DNA from: Candidatus Thorarchaeota archaeon
Lineage (GTDB): Archaea > Asgardarchaeota > Thorarchaeia > Thorarchaeales > Thorarchaeaceae
DNA length: 32,000 bases
Assembly: GCA_008080745.1 (NCBI GenBank)
Contig: SHMX01000011.1
Coordinates: 22,738-54,737 of the forward strand
Direction of reading: 5' to 3'
Positions 9,221-18,153 of this stretch are shown here, one piece after another (within the stretch, counting starts at the first letter, position 1; each line of letters starts with the position of its first letter). The notes beneath the pieces are model-generated. The model did not search any database. It was not told where the DNA came from and saw only the letters and a program-made list of their open reading frames with translations. The translations under genes and the position numbers were made by a program.

Positions 9221-9320
9221 CTCTTTATGGAATTTGTATGCACTAAAATTTTTTGACTAAACAAGAAATCAAGTAATACCACATGGTAATGTTTAGATGT
9301 GGCTTTAATACGCCAAACTC

Positions 9321-9611
9321 ATGACAAGGTGCAATACCATGGGTTGGTGTAATATGGTCAGAGGACCCTGCAAAGGGAATAAATGTGACTTTTGGGCAAG
9401 AGCCAAGCTCAAGAAAATGACAGTAGAGGATATAGTTCAGCGTATTCAGGACAGTGTAGCGGAATGTGACTCTAGTAATGGAAAAGAATTAGAAGATGCA
9501 ATAGAGGACTTCTGGACTGCATTTGGCATTAAAGATATGGACGTCTTGCGAGAAGAAGATATGAGCCTGTTCTCCAAAATCCAAGAGGCCGAAGAACAGG
9601 TCCGAGCATAA
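9321..9611 (+). CDS. Small hypothetical protein with N-terminal Cys cluster
   Basis: C-x5-C-x6-C-x4-C-x2-W followed by an acidic helical region. Coding-like composition. The true start may be ATG 9339. Confidence 0.65.
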   Translation: MTRCNTMGWCNMVRGPCKGNKCDFWARAKLKKMTVEDIVQRIQDSVAECDSSNGKELEDAIEDFWTAFGIKDMDVLREEDMSLFSKIQEAEEQVRA

Positions 9612-9619
9612 TTTGAATT

Positions 9620-11257
9620 CTAGGGCTCTGGAATCATATTACCAGGATTGATGATCCATTTCGGATCTAATGCCCGTTTCACGGCTTGCATCTCTTCTAT
9701 TCCTTCCTGTCCGTACATAACTGTTAGAAAATCACGTTTTAGCTTGCCTATCCCATGTTCAGCAGCAACAGTTCCACCCAGTTCAACAGCACGTTTTGCA
9801 AAAAGCATATAGTTATCCATTCCCTGTTTTACTTCTTCATTATTTCGAGGGATCATGTTCACATGAAGATGGTTGTCTCCGATATGGCCAAATACAACGT
9901 ACTCCATACCCTGCTCTTCCAGAGTTTCACGATAGAATTTCAAATAATCACGGAGTGCCTCATCAGGGACAGCCATATCAGTACCAATTTTGTGAACCTC
10001 GTGATACTTTTGCTTCCTTGAGGCAATAAGTCCATTTACTGTTTCAGGAACGAAATGGCGAACTGTTTTCATCTTCTCAAGTTCAGAACGGTCAAGGCCC
10101 GCCCAACTCGATTCAGATGATGAATTATGCGCATTCAACATCATCTCAAGACCCACTATTTTCTCTTCCATATTCTCCTCGGTATAAGCAAACTCAAAGA
10201 AAACAATTGCCTTGGTTTCATCAGTAAGAGCGGGTATACGAATTCCAGCAGAACTAGCTTTTTCACGGATCATTTTGAGTGCATTAGGACCAAAGTATTC
10301 CAAAAAGTCCATCTGAACAGGAGATTCTTCCGCACGGACATCATAAACAAACCCAACAGCATCATCCTCACTTGGAAAGAACGCCATCACCGTCATGATG
10401 TTCTCTGGAAGAGAAACAAGGCCCAGTTCAGCCATCGTAATTACACCGAGAATGCCTTCAGAACCTATGAACAAATCAATCAAGTCCATATCAGGTTTGG
10501 CAAAAAGACCAGCCGCATTCTTTGTTTCGGGCATAGTATAACTAGGAACCTGAACTTGAGTGACATTTCCTTCAGGATGTACAATTTCGAATTTGCCATC
10601 TTTAGCTTTGTATTTTCCTCGCTCAATATCTAGGATATCACCTGTTGCGAGTACAACGCGAAGTCGGAGAATCCAATCTCTAACTGCACCATAGTGGAAT
10701 GTTCGAGCGCCAGATGCATTACACGCAGTAATACCTCCAATCCAAGCACTCATCTCGGTGGGATCGACAGGGAAGGTCATATCATCGGATTCCGAGAGAA
10801 AGCGTTCAAGAGCAGACTGCTGGTCAGAAGTACCCTTTCCTTTGAGAATTTCTAGGTCCTTTTTTGTCACTGCTTTGACTAAATCCTCAAGTAGAACACC
10901 TGACTCTGCAGCTATTGAATACCGTTTGTGTTCTTCAGAATATTTCATATACAGCAAATTATCCATTCTTTCAAGATTAAGTGCAATCCCGCCTAGTGGA
11001 ACCGCTGCTCCCGTGAGACCAGTACGACCACCTTGGATTGTAACTGGTGTCCCTTTTTCGTGAGCTTGTCTAAGAATTAATGCAACGTGCTCTTCAGTCG
11101 AGGGGAAAAGCAGTTTGTCAGCATCCCCATCAAAGGAATGACTCTCGTCATCTAAATAAAGTGCATAAGTGTCCTTAATTTCAGCCTTATCGTCAATCAC
11201 TTTGACCTCAGAAAGGTCAACGGATTCAGGGGAAGTAGCTTGAATGCGATTTGTCAT
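9620..11257 (-). CDS. FAD-binding oxidoreductase (GlcD / D-lactate dehydrogenase-like, VAO/PCMH family)
   Basis: QGGRTGLTGAAVP FAD loop, FIGSEGILGVIT, FGHIGDNHLHVN, GGTVAAEHGIGKLK, LDPKWIINPG. Start refined to ATG 11257. Confidence 0.92.
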   Translation of the reverse strand: MTNRIQATSPESVDLSEVKVIDDKAEIKDTYALYLDDESHSFDGDADKLLFPSTEEHVALILRQAHEKGTPVTIQGGRTGLTGAAVPLGGIALNLERMDNLLYMKYSEEHKRYSIAAESGVLLEDLVKAVTKKDLEILKGKGTSDQQSALERFLSESDDMTFPVDPTEMSAWIGGITACNASGARTFHYGAVRDWILRLRVVLATGDILDIERGKYKAKDGKFEIVHPEGNVTQVQVPSYTMPETKNAAGLFAKPDMDLIDLFIGSEGILGVITMAELGLVSLPENIMTVMAFFPSEDDAVGFVYDVRAEESPVQMDFLEYFGPNALKMIREKASSAGIRIPALTDETKAIVFFEFAYTEENMEEKIVGLEMMLNAHNSSSESSWAGLDRSELEKMKTVRHFVPETVNGLIASRKQKYHEVHKIGTDMAVPDEALRDYLKFYRETLEEQGMEYVVFGHIGDNHLHVNMIPRNNEEVKQGMDNYMLFAKRAVELGGTVAAEHGIGKLKRDFLTVMYGQEGIEEMQAVKRALDPKWIINPGNMIPEP

Positions 11258-11421
11258 AGTCCAATTCTCCACAGAGTGACTTAGCATACACCGAACGATG
11301 AGAATATCAAAGTTCCCAAATAACACTAAAGGAAAACAAGGGAATGATTATCAAGGAAAAGAAAGTCTACGAAATATAATCTCTGGCAAACAGAAGACAC
11401 GAAGCAAGAGGGAAAGAATTC

Positions 11422-12324
11422 ATGAAGATAGCAGCAGTTTCCGATATTCATGTAGCACCAGATGGTAGTGATAAAGAACTAGTCAAAGAGATCCATGTAA
11501 TAGCCAGCGATTATGAACCGGATGTCTTTGTAATTGCAGGAGATATCAGCGATGATAGTAAGATTCTCTCTGAAACTCTTGCGACCTTACGACTGAAGAA
11601 CTGCGTGAATCTCTATGTGCCAGGAAACCACGACATCTGGTTCGAGAAGGAAACCGGACTTAGCTCGTTGGATAAATACAGCACTGTGATAGGTAAAATT
11701 TGTCAAAAGACAGGATTTGCATATCTTCCAGACGAGCCAGAGATTGTGTCAGACACCGCGTTTGTCGGAAGTATTGGTTGGTATGACTATTCATTCAGAA
11801 GTGAGGAGTTTGATATTCCTGAAGAGTGTTTTGAGAGTAAGGAATTCAAAGGAAGTATTTGGTATGATGTATTCAGCGTTGATTGGGAATTCTCAGATAG
11901 AGAGGCAACCGATCTATTCAATCGCAAACTACAATACGACCTCTCTGTACTCCCAGATGCTGTTGAAAAAGTAGTTTATGTTTCCCACCACCTTCCATTT
12001 CGGGAGATGACCCTGTACAAAAATATACTACCTTGGGACTTTTTCTCAGCTTTCATGGGAGCAACATCAACAGGACAGATTCTACAAGAAGAGGAGAGGG
12101 TTGTGCTAGCTATAGCAGGCCATAGTCATATCAGAAAAATCCAAAAGATTGAACAAATCACTGCAATGACAGTACCCATTGGATATGGTAGACCGGAAAA
12201 TGGAGAATATGAATCATTGGCAAAATCAGGGATAGCTCTTATTGATCTCAACAATGGGGTTGAGATTCTGGAGTTTGTGACAGGGGATATCTGTGAAGGG
12301 ATGCCATATCAAAGTACCAGATAA
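11422..12324 (+). CDS. Calcineurin-like metallophosphoesterase
   Basis: Motifs SDIH, AGDIS, PGNHD, SHHLP, AGHSH. Confidence 0.92.
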   Translation: MKIAAVSDIHVAPDGSDKELVKEIHVIASDYEPDVFVIAGDISDDSKILSETLATLRLKNCVNLYVPGNHDIWFEKETGLSSLDKYSTVIGKICQKTGFAYLPDEPEIVSDTAFVGSIGWYDYSFRSEEFDIPEECFESKEFKGSIWYDVFSVDWEFSDREATDLFNRKLQYDLSVLPDAVEKVVYVSHHLPFREMTLYKNILPWDFFSAFMGATSTGQILQEEERVVLAIAGHSHIRKIQKIEQITAMTVPIGYGRPENGEYESLAKSGIALIDLNNGVEILEFVTGDICEGMPYQSTR

Positions 12325-12434
12325 TACACCATTTCAAAGTCGAAGCATTAATGAGTAGGATAACTAGCCAAAAGTAACTTGCAATAGCATCATTCAAGTG
12401 ATAACCAAAATCGTAAACTGAGGAACACCTAAAG

Positions 12435-13742
12435 ATGAACGCCCTAGGAACAGCAATACTGATTGTCTTTATTGGGACGTACCTAGTCATCTCCACTGAG
12501 AAGGTAAATCGTACAGGTATGTCCTTGCTAGGTATGGCAATTGCAGGCATTGTATTGTGGATTGCTTCAACCATGGGCATCCCCGGTGGTACCGACTTCG
12601 CCCACTATGCCGAACAGATTGAGTGGAGCACTATTCTATTTGTGTTAAGTATGATGATAATTGTGGCTGTTGCTGGAGCCTCTGGTATGTTCCAGTATAT
12701 AGCATTGACATTATCCAGGCCTAGTGGAGGAGATCATAAACGACTTTTCATCACGTTTCTGGTATTTGTATTTGGTATATCCCTGTTCTTTGATACAGTG
12801 TCAACCATGTTGATAATGGCCCCTCTTACCATTGAGGTCTGTAAAGCTTTGGATATTGACTTCAAGCCCTTTTTGATATGCGAGTCCATCACCTGTAATT
12901 TCTCATCTATTCCATCAATTGTAGGAGCTGTACCAAACCTAGTTATTGCTCAGGCAACCAACCTCAATGCAGGCTTTCTATTCATTTGTTTCATGCCGCT
13001 TTCGATAATTCTGTTCCTAGTTACACTTCCACTCTTTTTGAGATGGTATAAAAGCTCCTTTGGAGTTACAGAACAGTACCGGGTCGAGGCGGTCTTTGAT
13101 ATAGACCCAACAGTGATGATAAAGTCACGTCGCGACTTTTATGCTGCTGTTATTGCGATTGCGGTATTGGTCATTGGATTTTCCTTAGGACCTACATTCG
13201 GGCTTGAGCCGCCTCTCATAGCTCTGGGAATTGCGGCATTCATGCTTCTATTGTCCCATGAAAGAGCTAACGAGTTTCTGACAAAGGTTGGGTGGGATAC
13301 CGTCTTCTTCCTTGTGGGCCTATTTGGATTGGTTGTGGCTCTTGAGATTACTGGACTCATTCATGAGTTGAGTTTAGCTATTGAGAACTTCATAGGAGAT
13401 GATGCTGTCGTAGCAACAGTATTCATGGTGTGGATACCTGCTATGCTCTCTGCCTTTCTTGATAATCTTCCCGTTTCTGCTGTACTCTCCCCCATTGCTC
13501 TGCAATTTGCATCGGTCAGTCCAGTAATTCCTCTGGCGTTAGTATTTGCAGTCAATATTGGAGGATACATCTTTACGCCTCTTGGCTCACCAGCAAATAT
13601 GATTGCCATCGCATACTCAGAGGGTGAACATGATCCAATATCATTTGCAGAATTCGTCAAACTGGGAACTACCGCGGGAATAATACACCTCACAATAGGA
13701 TCGCTCTGGTTGCTAGGGATCGGAGTACTACTTGGTGGGTAG
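12435..13742 (+). CDS. ArsB/NhaD (P-permease / SLC13-like) ion transporter
   Basis: 11-12 TM helices, IEWSTILF, GWDTVFFLVGLF, SAFLDNLP, PLGSPAN. Confidence 0.88.
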   Translation: MNALGTAILIVFIGTYLVISTEKVNRTGMSLLGMAIAGIVLWIASTMGIPGGTDFAHYAEQIEWSTILFVLSMMIIVAVAGASGMFQYIALTLSRPSGGDHKRLFITFLVFVFGISLFFDTVSTMLIMAPLTIEVCKALDIDFKPFLICESITCNFSSIPSIVGAVPNLVIAQATNLNAGFLFICFMPLSIILFLVTLPLFLRWYKSSFGVTEQYRVEAVFDIDPTVMIKSRRDFYAAVIAIAVLVIGFSLGPTFGLEPPLIALGIAAFMLLLSHERANEFLTKVGWDTVFFLVGLFGLVVALEITGLIHELSLAIENFIGDDAVVATVFMVWIPAMLSAFLDNLPVSAVLSPIALQFASVSPVIPLALVFAVNIGGYIFTPLGSPANMIAIAYSEGEHDPISFAEFVKLGTTAGIIHLTIGSLWLLGIGVLLGG

Positions 13743-13838
13743 CGGGCGGCGAATCCACTACGAAAAGACAGGTGGCGCCCTGTCCCGTGCATGCCGTTGC
13801 CGCCGGGAGGACGAACAACTACGGAGACTAGACGCCAC
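13739..13838 (-). ncRNA. Candidate GC-rich structured ncRNA of unknown family
   Basis: 63% GC over 13741-13840 versus 25% in the next 100 nt. Stems GGCGGC/GCCGCC and GACAGG/CCTGTC. TATA-like TTAAATAAA on the minus strand (13863-13855), about 25-30 nt upstream. Strand assignment is tentative. Confidence 0.55.
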
Positions 13839-14005
13839 TATTAAATACACATCCTTTATTTAATTATGTTACGTATTGTGACTTTATATTATTAATTTGT
13901 TAAACTAATAGCCCCCAATTTTGAGTAAATCAGAGTGACAGACGTTACCACGAAATTTTTCAATACGAGCTAGATAGACCATTCTATCCATGAGTGGTGT
14001 TCGTC

Positions 14006-14503
14006 ATGCCAAAACGCACAAGATGCCCGCATTGTGACCGTCTTTTTAGCAGAGATGTTATTGATGAACACATCAGGAAATGCAGATATAGAGAATATGA
14101 GATAAGAACGAGAAGAAGGGTGCCAAGAAGGAAAAATGTAGTTATTGACGGAAACAACTTGGCATATTATCTATCTCCTACTGGTACACCAAGATTGAGC
14201 AATATTATCAGAGCTCGAAATAGCCTGATCAATGCGGGATATCGACCAGTAGTTATTGTTTCTGCCGCTCTGAAGTATCGCATCGATGACCCAGACAAAC
14301 TAAGATCCATGATTCAGGAGAGAAAAGTGATTGAAACAAGGAGAGGTACAAACGACGATCTTGCAATCATAAATTATGCTCTAAAATATAACACGGATAT
14401 AGTAAGTAATGATCGATTCCTTGACTATCTTGATAGATATCCCTGGATTCCTGACAGACTAAAGAAATACCGAATGACTCCCTCTGGTTTAATCTTGATA
14501 TGA
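14006..14503 (+). CDS. C2HC zinc finger + NYN (PIN-like, Zc3h12a/Regnase-type) ribonuclease
   Basis: CPHC-x11-H-x3-C finger, then VVIDGNN, TNDD and VSNDRFLD acidic tetrad typical of NYN RNases. Start refined to ATG 14006. Confidence 0.85.
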   Translation: MPKRTRCPHCDRLFSRDVIDEHIRKCRYREYEIRTRRRVPRRKNVVIDGNNLAYYLSPTGTPRLSNIIRARNSLINAGYRPVVIVSAALKYRIDDPDKLRSMIQERKVIETRRGTNDDLAIINYALKYNTDIVSNDRFLDYLDRYPWIPDRLKKYRMTPSGLILI

Positions 14504-14581
14504 CCTCGTTGTGTACTCTTCGAAAGCATTAAAATTAGTACCGAAAATCAAACTTGAACGTCTTAGTGAGTAGTGAAGAAA

Positions 14582-16372
14582 ATGAAAATCGACGAGTTAC
14601 GCCAGAAGTATTTGGACTTTTTCAAAGAGAAGGATCACAAAGTCATAGGTTCGGCATCCCTGATGCCTGAGAATGATCCCACTGTTCTCTTCACTACTGC
14701 AGGTATGCATCCTCTGGTTCCATTCCTATTAGGACAGAAGCATCCACAGGGAAAGAGACTGGTGGATGTCCAGAAATGTATCCGTACTACCGATATTGAT
14801 GATGTTGGTGACACAACTCATCTTACATTCTTTGAGATGCTAGGAAACTGGAGTCTCGGCGATTACTGGAAAGAAGAAGCTATAACATGGAGTTATGAAT
14901 TCCTTACTTCCAAAAAATGGCTAGGACTGAATCCTGATACTTTATCAGTGACTGTATTTGAGGGTGATGACGATGCTCCTCGTGATGAAGAATCAGCAGA
15001 GATTTGGAAAAGGATAGGAATTCCTGAGGAACGAATATATTACTTACCAAAGAAAGATAATTGGTGGGGACCAGCGGGACAGACAGGACCATGTGGTCCT
15101 TGTACTGAGATGTTCATCGAAGTCAAAGAAATACCCAAATGCAGTCCAGATTGTAGACCCGGTTGTAGCTGTGGTCACTTTGTGGAAATCTGGAACGATG
15201 TGTTCATGCAATACAACAAGCAACAAGATGGTACATATGTCCAACTTAAGCAGAAGAATGTAGACACGGGAATGGGCGTTGAGAGGACAGCAGCAATGCT
15301 CCAAGGAGTGCCTACAGTATACGATACTGATGCATTCACGCCTTTGATAGCGAAGATCAGAGAGCATTTTGAAAAAGAAGAAGAGTCTGAAGAGGACCTC
15401 AAATACATTCGAATCATCGTAGACCACGTTAAATCTGCAGTTATGATAATGGCTGATGATCGAAAGATTGCACCCTCAAACGTTGAACATGGCTACATTG
15501 TACGCAGACTCATTAGAAAAGCGATTCTTGGATTTGATAGATTAGAGATAGAGAATGATCTAATGAAAGATCTCGCTGAAATTGTCATAGAGATGTACAA
15601 GGATGTCTATGACGAAGTTGAACGGAATCGCGATTTTGTTATGGAGAATTTAGATCGCGAAGCAAAGAAGTTTAGGAGAACCCTCCGAAAAGCGCTTAGA
15701 AAATTCAATCGTATCTACGATGATAAAGGAAAAATTACAGGAGAAGATGCCTTTCTGCTCTTTACAAGCTTTGGTCTACCAATAGAAATGACAAAAGACC
15801 TTGCTGAAGAAAGAGGGTTCAAAATTGATATGCAGACATTCCGGGAGGAATTCGAACAACATCGAGATGTTTCAAGAAGTGGAAGTGAGAAGAAATTCAG
15901 AGGTGGACTTGCGGATCATAGTGAAATCATAACCAAACTTCATACTGCAACACACCTCCTTCAAGCAGCCCTAAGGAAAGTATTAGGTGACGCTGTAAAA
16001 CAAAATGGGAGTAACATCACAAAAGATCGTCTCAGATTCGATTTCACCTTTCCCAGAAAACTTACCACTGAAGAACTGAAGGAAGTAGAAGAGTTGGTCA
16101 ACAAGGTCATTGATAGAGATTTGAAAGTGACCCAAAAATTCATGCCATTGGACGAAGCATTAGAGAAAGGAGCACTAGCGTTCTTCAAAGACACCTACGG
16201 AGAGGAGGTCTCAGTCTATTCGGTTGGAGATTTCAGTATGGAAGTCTGTGGGGGACCTCATGTCGAACATACATCGGTTTTAGGACATTTCAAAATCAAA
16301 AAGCAGGAAAACATTGGTGCAGGTCTAGTGAGAATCAGAGCAATTGTAGAGCCTGAAAAGGCATCGGCGTAA
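14582..16372 (+). CDS. alaS: Alanine--tRNA ligase, short bacterial-type form lacking C-Ala
   Basis: LFTTAGMHPL, QKCIRT, HLTFFEMLGNWS, VDTGMGVER. Editing HTATH and CGGPH motifs are present and the protein ends right after the editing domain (about 596 aa). Confidence 0.97.
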   Translation: MKIDELRQKYLDFFKEKDHKVIGSASLMPENDPTVLFTTAGMHPLVPFLLGQKHPQGKRLVDVQKCIRTTDIDDVGDTTHLTFFEMLGNWSLGDYWKEEAITWSYEFLTSKKWLGLNPDTLSVTVFEGDDDAPRDEESAEIWKRIGIPEERIYYLPKKDNWWGPAGQTGPCGPCTEMFIEVKEIPKCSPDCRPGCSCGHFVEIWNDVFMQYNKQQDGTYVQLKQKNVDTGMGVERTAAMLQGVPTVYDTDAFTPLIAKIREHFEKEEESEEDLKYIRIIVDHVKSAVMIMADDRKIAPSNVEHGYIVRRLIRKAILGFDRLEIENDLMKDLAEIVIEMYKDVYDEVERNRDFVMENLDREAKKFRRTLRKALRKFNRIYDDKGKITGEDAFLLFTSFGLPIEMTKDLAEERGFKIDMQTFREEFEQHRDVSRSGSEKKFRGGLADHSEIITKLHTATHLLQAALRKVLGDAVKQNGSNITKDRLRFDFTFPRKLTTEELKEVEELVNKVIDRDLKVTQKFMPLDEALEKGALAFFKDTYGEEVSVYSVGDFSMEVCGGPHVEHTSVLGHFKIKKQENIGAGLVRIRAIVEPEKASA

Positions 16373-16391
16373 GATAGATGAGATATATCGC

Positions 16392-17285
16392 TCACTTGAT
16401 TTCGCTATACGCTTGAAAGAAACTCTCTGGGCCATCAACAATGGTCTGAACCAGTTGATTACGTCCTAGTTTTTTATCAATGCTCTCAGCCATATGAGCG
16501 CCGGTGATGTACCACAGACGCTTATTGCGTCCACTCATTACCTCCAGGATTTCCATATCATCTGAAGTTAATTCACGAATAGGGGTGTCCTTCAGGTCAC
16601 GATATGTCTTGAAATATTCATTTACACGTTCTTTACGTACTTTCGAATCAATGAGAGCCTGATAATCCTCATGGCTAAGCCCCTTCTGTTCGAGGCGTAT
16701 TGCCATTGGAGCATATACTGCAAGTCCCTCTAAATGTGTTGCATATCGTACAGCTGATAACAAATCAGAGGTCTTTTTCAAATCTGCCAGTGTAAAAATA
16801 GGATTATAGTGGGTATAACCAGCATGGTGTAATTCATGCATTGACATGTACAGTAACTCACGATGATCCTCTTGGAAAAAGCTATGTCCTAAATTGATGA
16901 GCGCAGATCCCTCAGATACAATTCCTATATCATAGCCAAAATTTGCATAAAGTGTGCAACTGATAGATTTTGTTGAGGGAAGATATCTCTTCAATCGTCT
17001 GAATATCTCTTGGAGTTCATTATTGCTCTCTTCTAGAAAATTCACGCAATCACGAATAGCATGAACAATCGATTCATTTCCCAAATACCGATTTAGTATA
17101 TCAGTCCAAAATTTATGAATATCATAATTGGTGTTTCCAAAATTCTTAGCATGGGTATACGTATGTTTTGCTGCAGGATGACTCACAATTTTTTCTATCT
17201 GTGGTGAGCCAGAAAGATACTCTATCACAAACTCCGCAAATGAAAGGTCAACATCAATAACAATGCCCAATTGGATATACCCCAT
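16392..17285 (-). CDS. Putative Zn-dependent protease (DUF5700/DUF2268-like zincin)
   Basis: HELHH (HExxH) plus downstream HLEGLA third-ligand motif and C-terminal WYITGAHMA. Confidence 0.75.
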   Translation of the reverse strand: MGYIQLGIVIDVDLSFAEFVIEYLSGSPQIEKIVSHPAAKHTYTHAKNFGNTNYDIHKFWTDILNRYLGNESIVHAIRDCVNFLEESNNELQEIFRRLKRYLPSTKSISCTLYANFGYDIGIVSEGSALINLGHSFFQEDHRELLYMSMHELHHAGYTHYNPIFTLADLKKTSDLLSAVRYATHLEGLAVYAPMAIRLEQKGLSHEDYQALIDSKVRKERVNEYFKTYRDLKDTPIRELTSDDMEILEVMSGRNKRLWYITGAHMAESIDKKLGRNQLVQTIVDGPESFFQAYSEIK

Positions 17286-17287
17286 TG

Positions 17288-18025
17288 CTATTCATAATTA
17301 GGAATCCTATGAATAAGCATATACGCTTTTGCTAATTTTCCAACTTTTTCAGCTTCTTCAAGACAGAGATGGACCCGTCTTTTAGTTTCTGGCATTTCTA
17401 AGTGGGTCGCCTCTATTATTGCAATATCAGCACCCCGCACTCCAGCTTCCAGAGAATCACAATGACGTGTATCACCACTATAGGCAACAATGCTCTGACC
17501 AATTCGAATCCTATATCCTAAAGCGGGCATGAAAATGTCGTCCTCGGTTATATTTTCGAGACCATAGTGTTTGACTTCAAACGCACGAGTCTTGAAGAAA
17601 TCAGTATCAAAACCCGAACCATCGAACAACTCATGATACCAAATATCAAAAGGTAAACTCTCTCGATAGTTGGATCGGAAAAAAGTGACAATCTCCTCTA
17701 CTTCTTTACATCCCTTTGGAATTAGTATGTTAAGAGGTAGGGTACGGCCCATCATACGCATATATCCAAGTAATGTGTAGAGACCACCCATATGATCGAA
17801 ATGGCCGTGACTAAAGGCAATAACATCAATCTCATTCACAATTCTATTCCCATATATGTCTAGAAGATCACGAGTTGTTCCATCTCCTGCATCCAACAAC
17901 ATCATTTTTCCTGTGAATTTAGAGTATAGAACTATAGTACTGCTTATTCCAGCAGCACTAAATGGAACTGTTGCTTTTAGTTCATCATTTTCCCATTCCA
18001 TATCATTTTCTTTGTTTTCTGTCAT
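17288..18025 (-). CDS. MBL-fold metallo-hydrolase (RNase Z/ElaC-like subfamily)
   Basis: LLDAGDG, SHGHFDHMGG, YSGDT, IIEATH, LIH. Start refined to ATG 18025. Confidence 0.88.
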   Translation of the reverse strand: MTENKENDMEWENDELKATVPFSAAGISSTIVLYSKFTGKMMLLDAGDGTTRDLLDIYGNRIVNEIDVIAFSHGHFDHMGGLYTLLGYMRMMGRTLPLNILIPKGCKEVEEIVTFFRSNYRESLPFDIWYHELFDGSGFDTDFFKTRAFEVKHYGLENITEDDIFMPALGYRIRIGQSIVAYSGDTRHCDSLEAGVRGADIAIIEATHLEMPETKRRVHLCLEEAEKVGKLAKAYMLIHRIPNYE

Positions 18026-18153
18026 GAATATCACGTAGACCTTGCAATGTAACTCAAATGAATGAAATTACGATAGAGTCAAGAAAAAGAGGGAACATGA
18101 GGCAACAAAAACGTGTCGAATCACACGATGTTGCTACCTCATTTTGTAGAGAT

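Noticed and set aside
9755-11063. Plus-strand ORFs inside the FAD oxidoreductase, and equivalent antisense or alternate-frame ORFs elsewhere in the track
   Set aside because: Fully overlap well-supported genes and lack protein-like motifs.
13739-13838. Identity as 5S rRNA, tRNA/tRNA-Sec, SRP Alu, SECIS or HDV-like ribozyme
   Set aside because: The 3' end GGATTCGCCGCC resembles 5S, but there is no CCGAAC loop C and the enclosed region is too short. No TTCRA T-loop or cloverleaf. The GGTGGCGC..CCTGT..CGGGAGG likeness to Alu lacks UGUNR and an S domain. No in-frame TGA in the upstream gene. Helix order does not fit the HDV nested pseudoknot.
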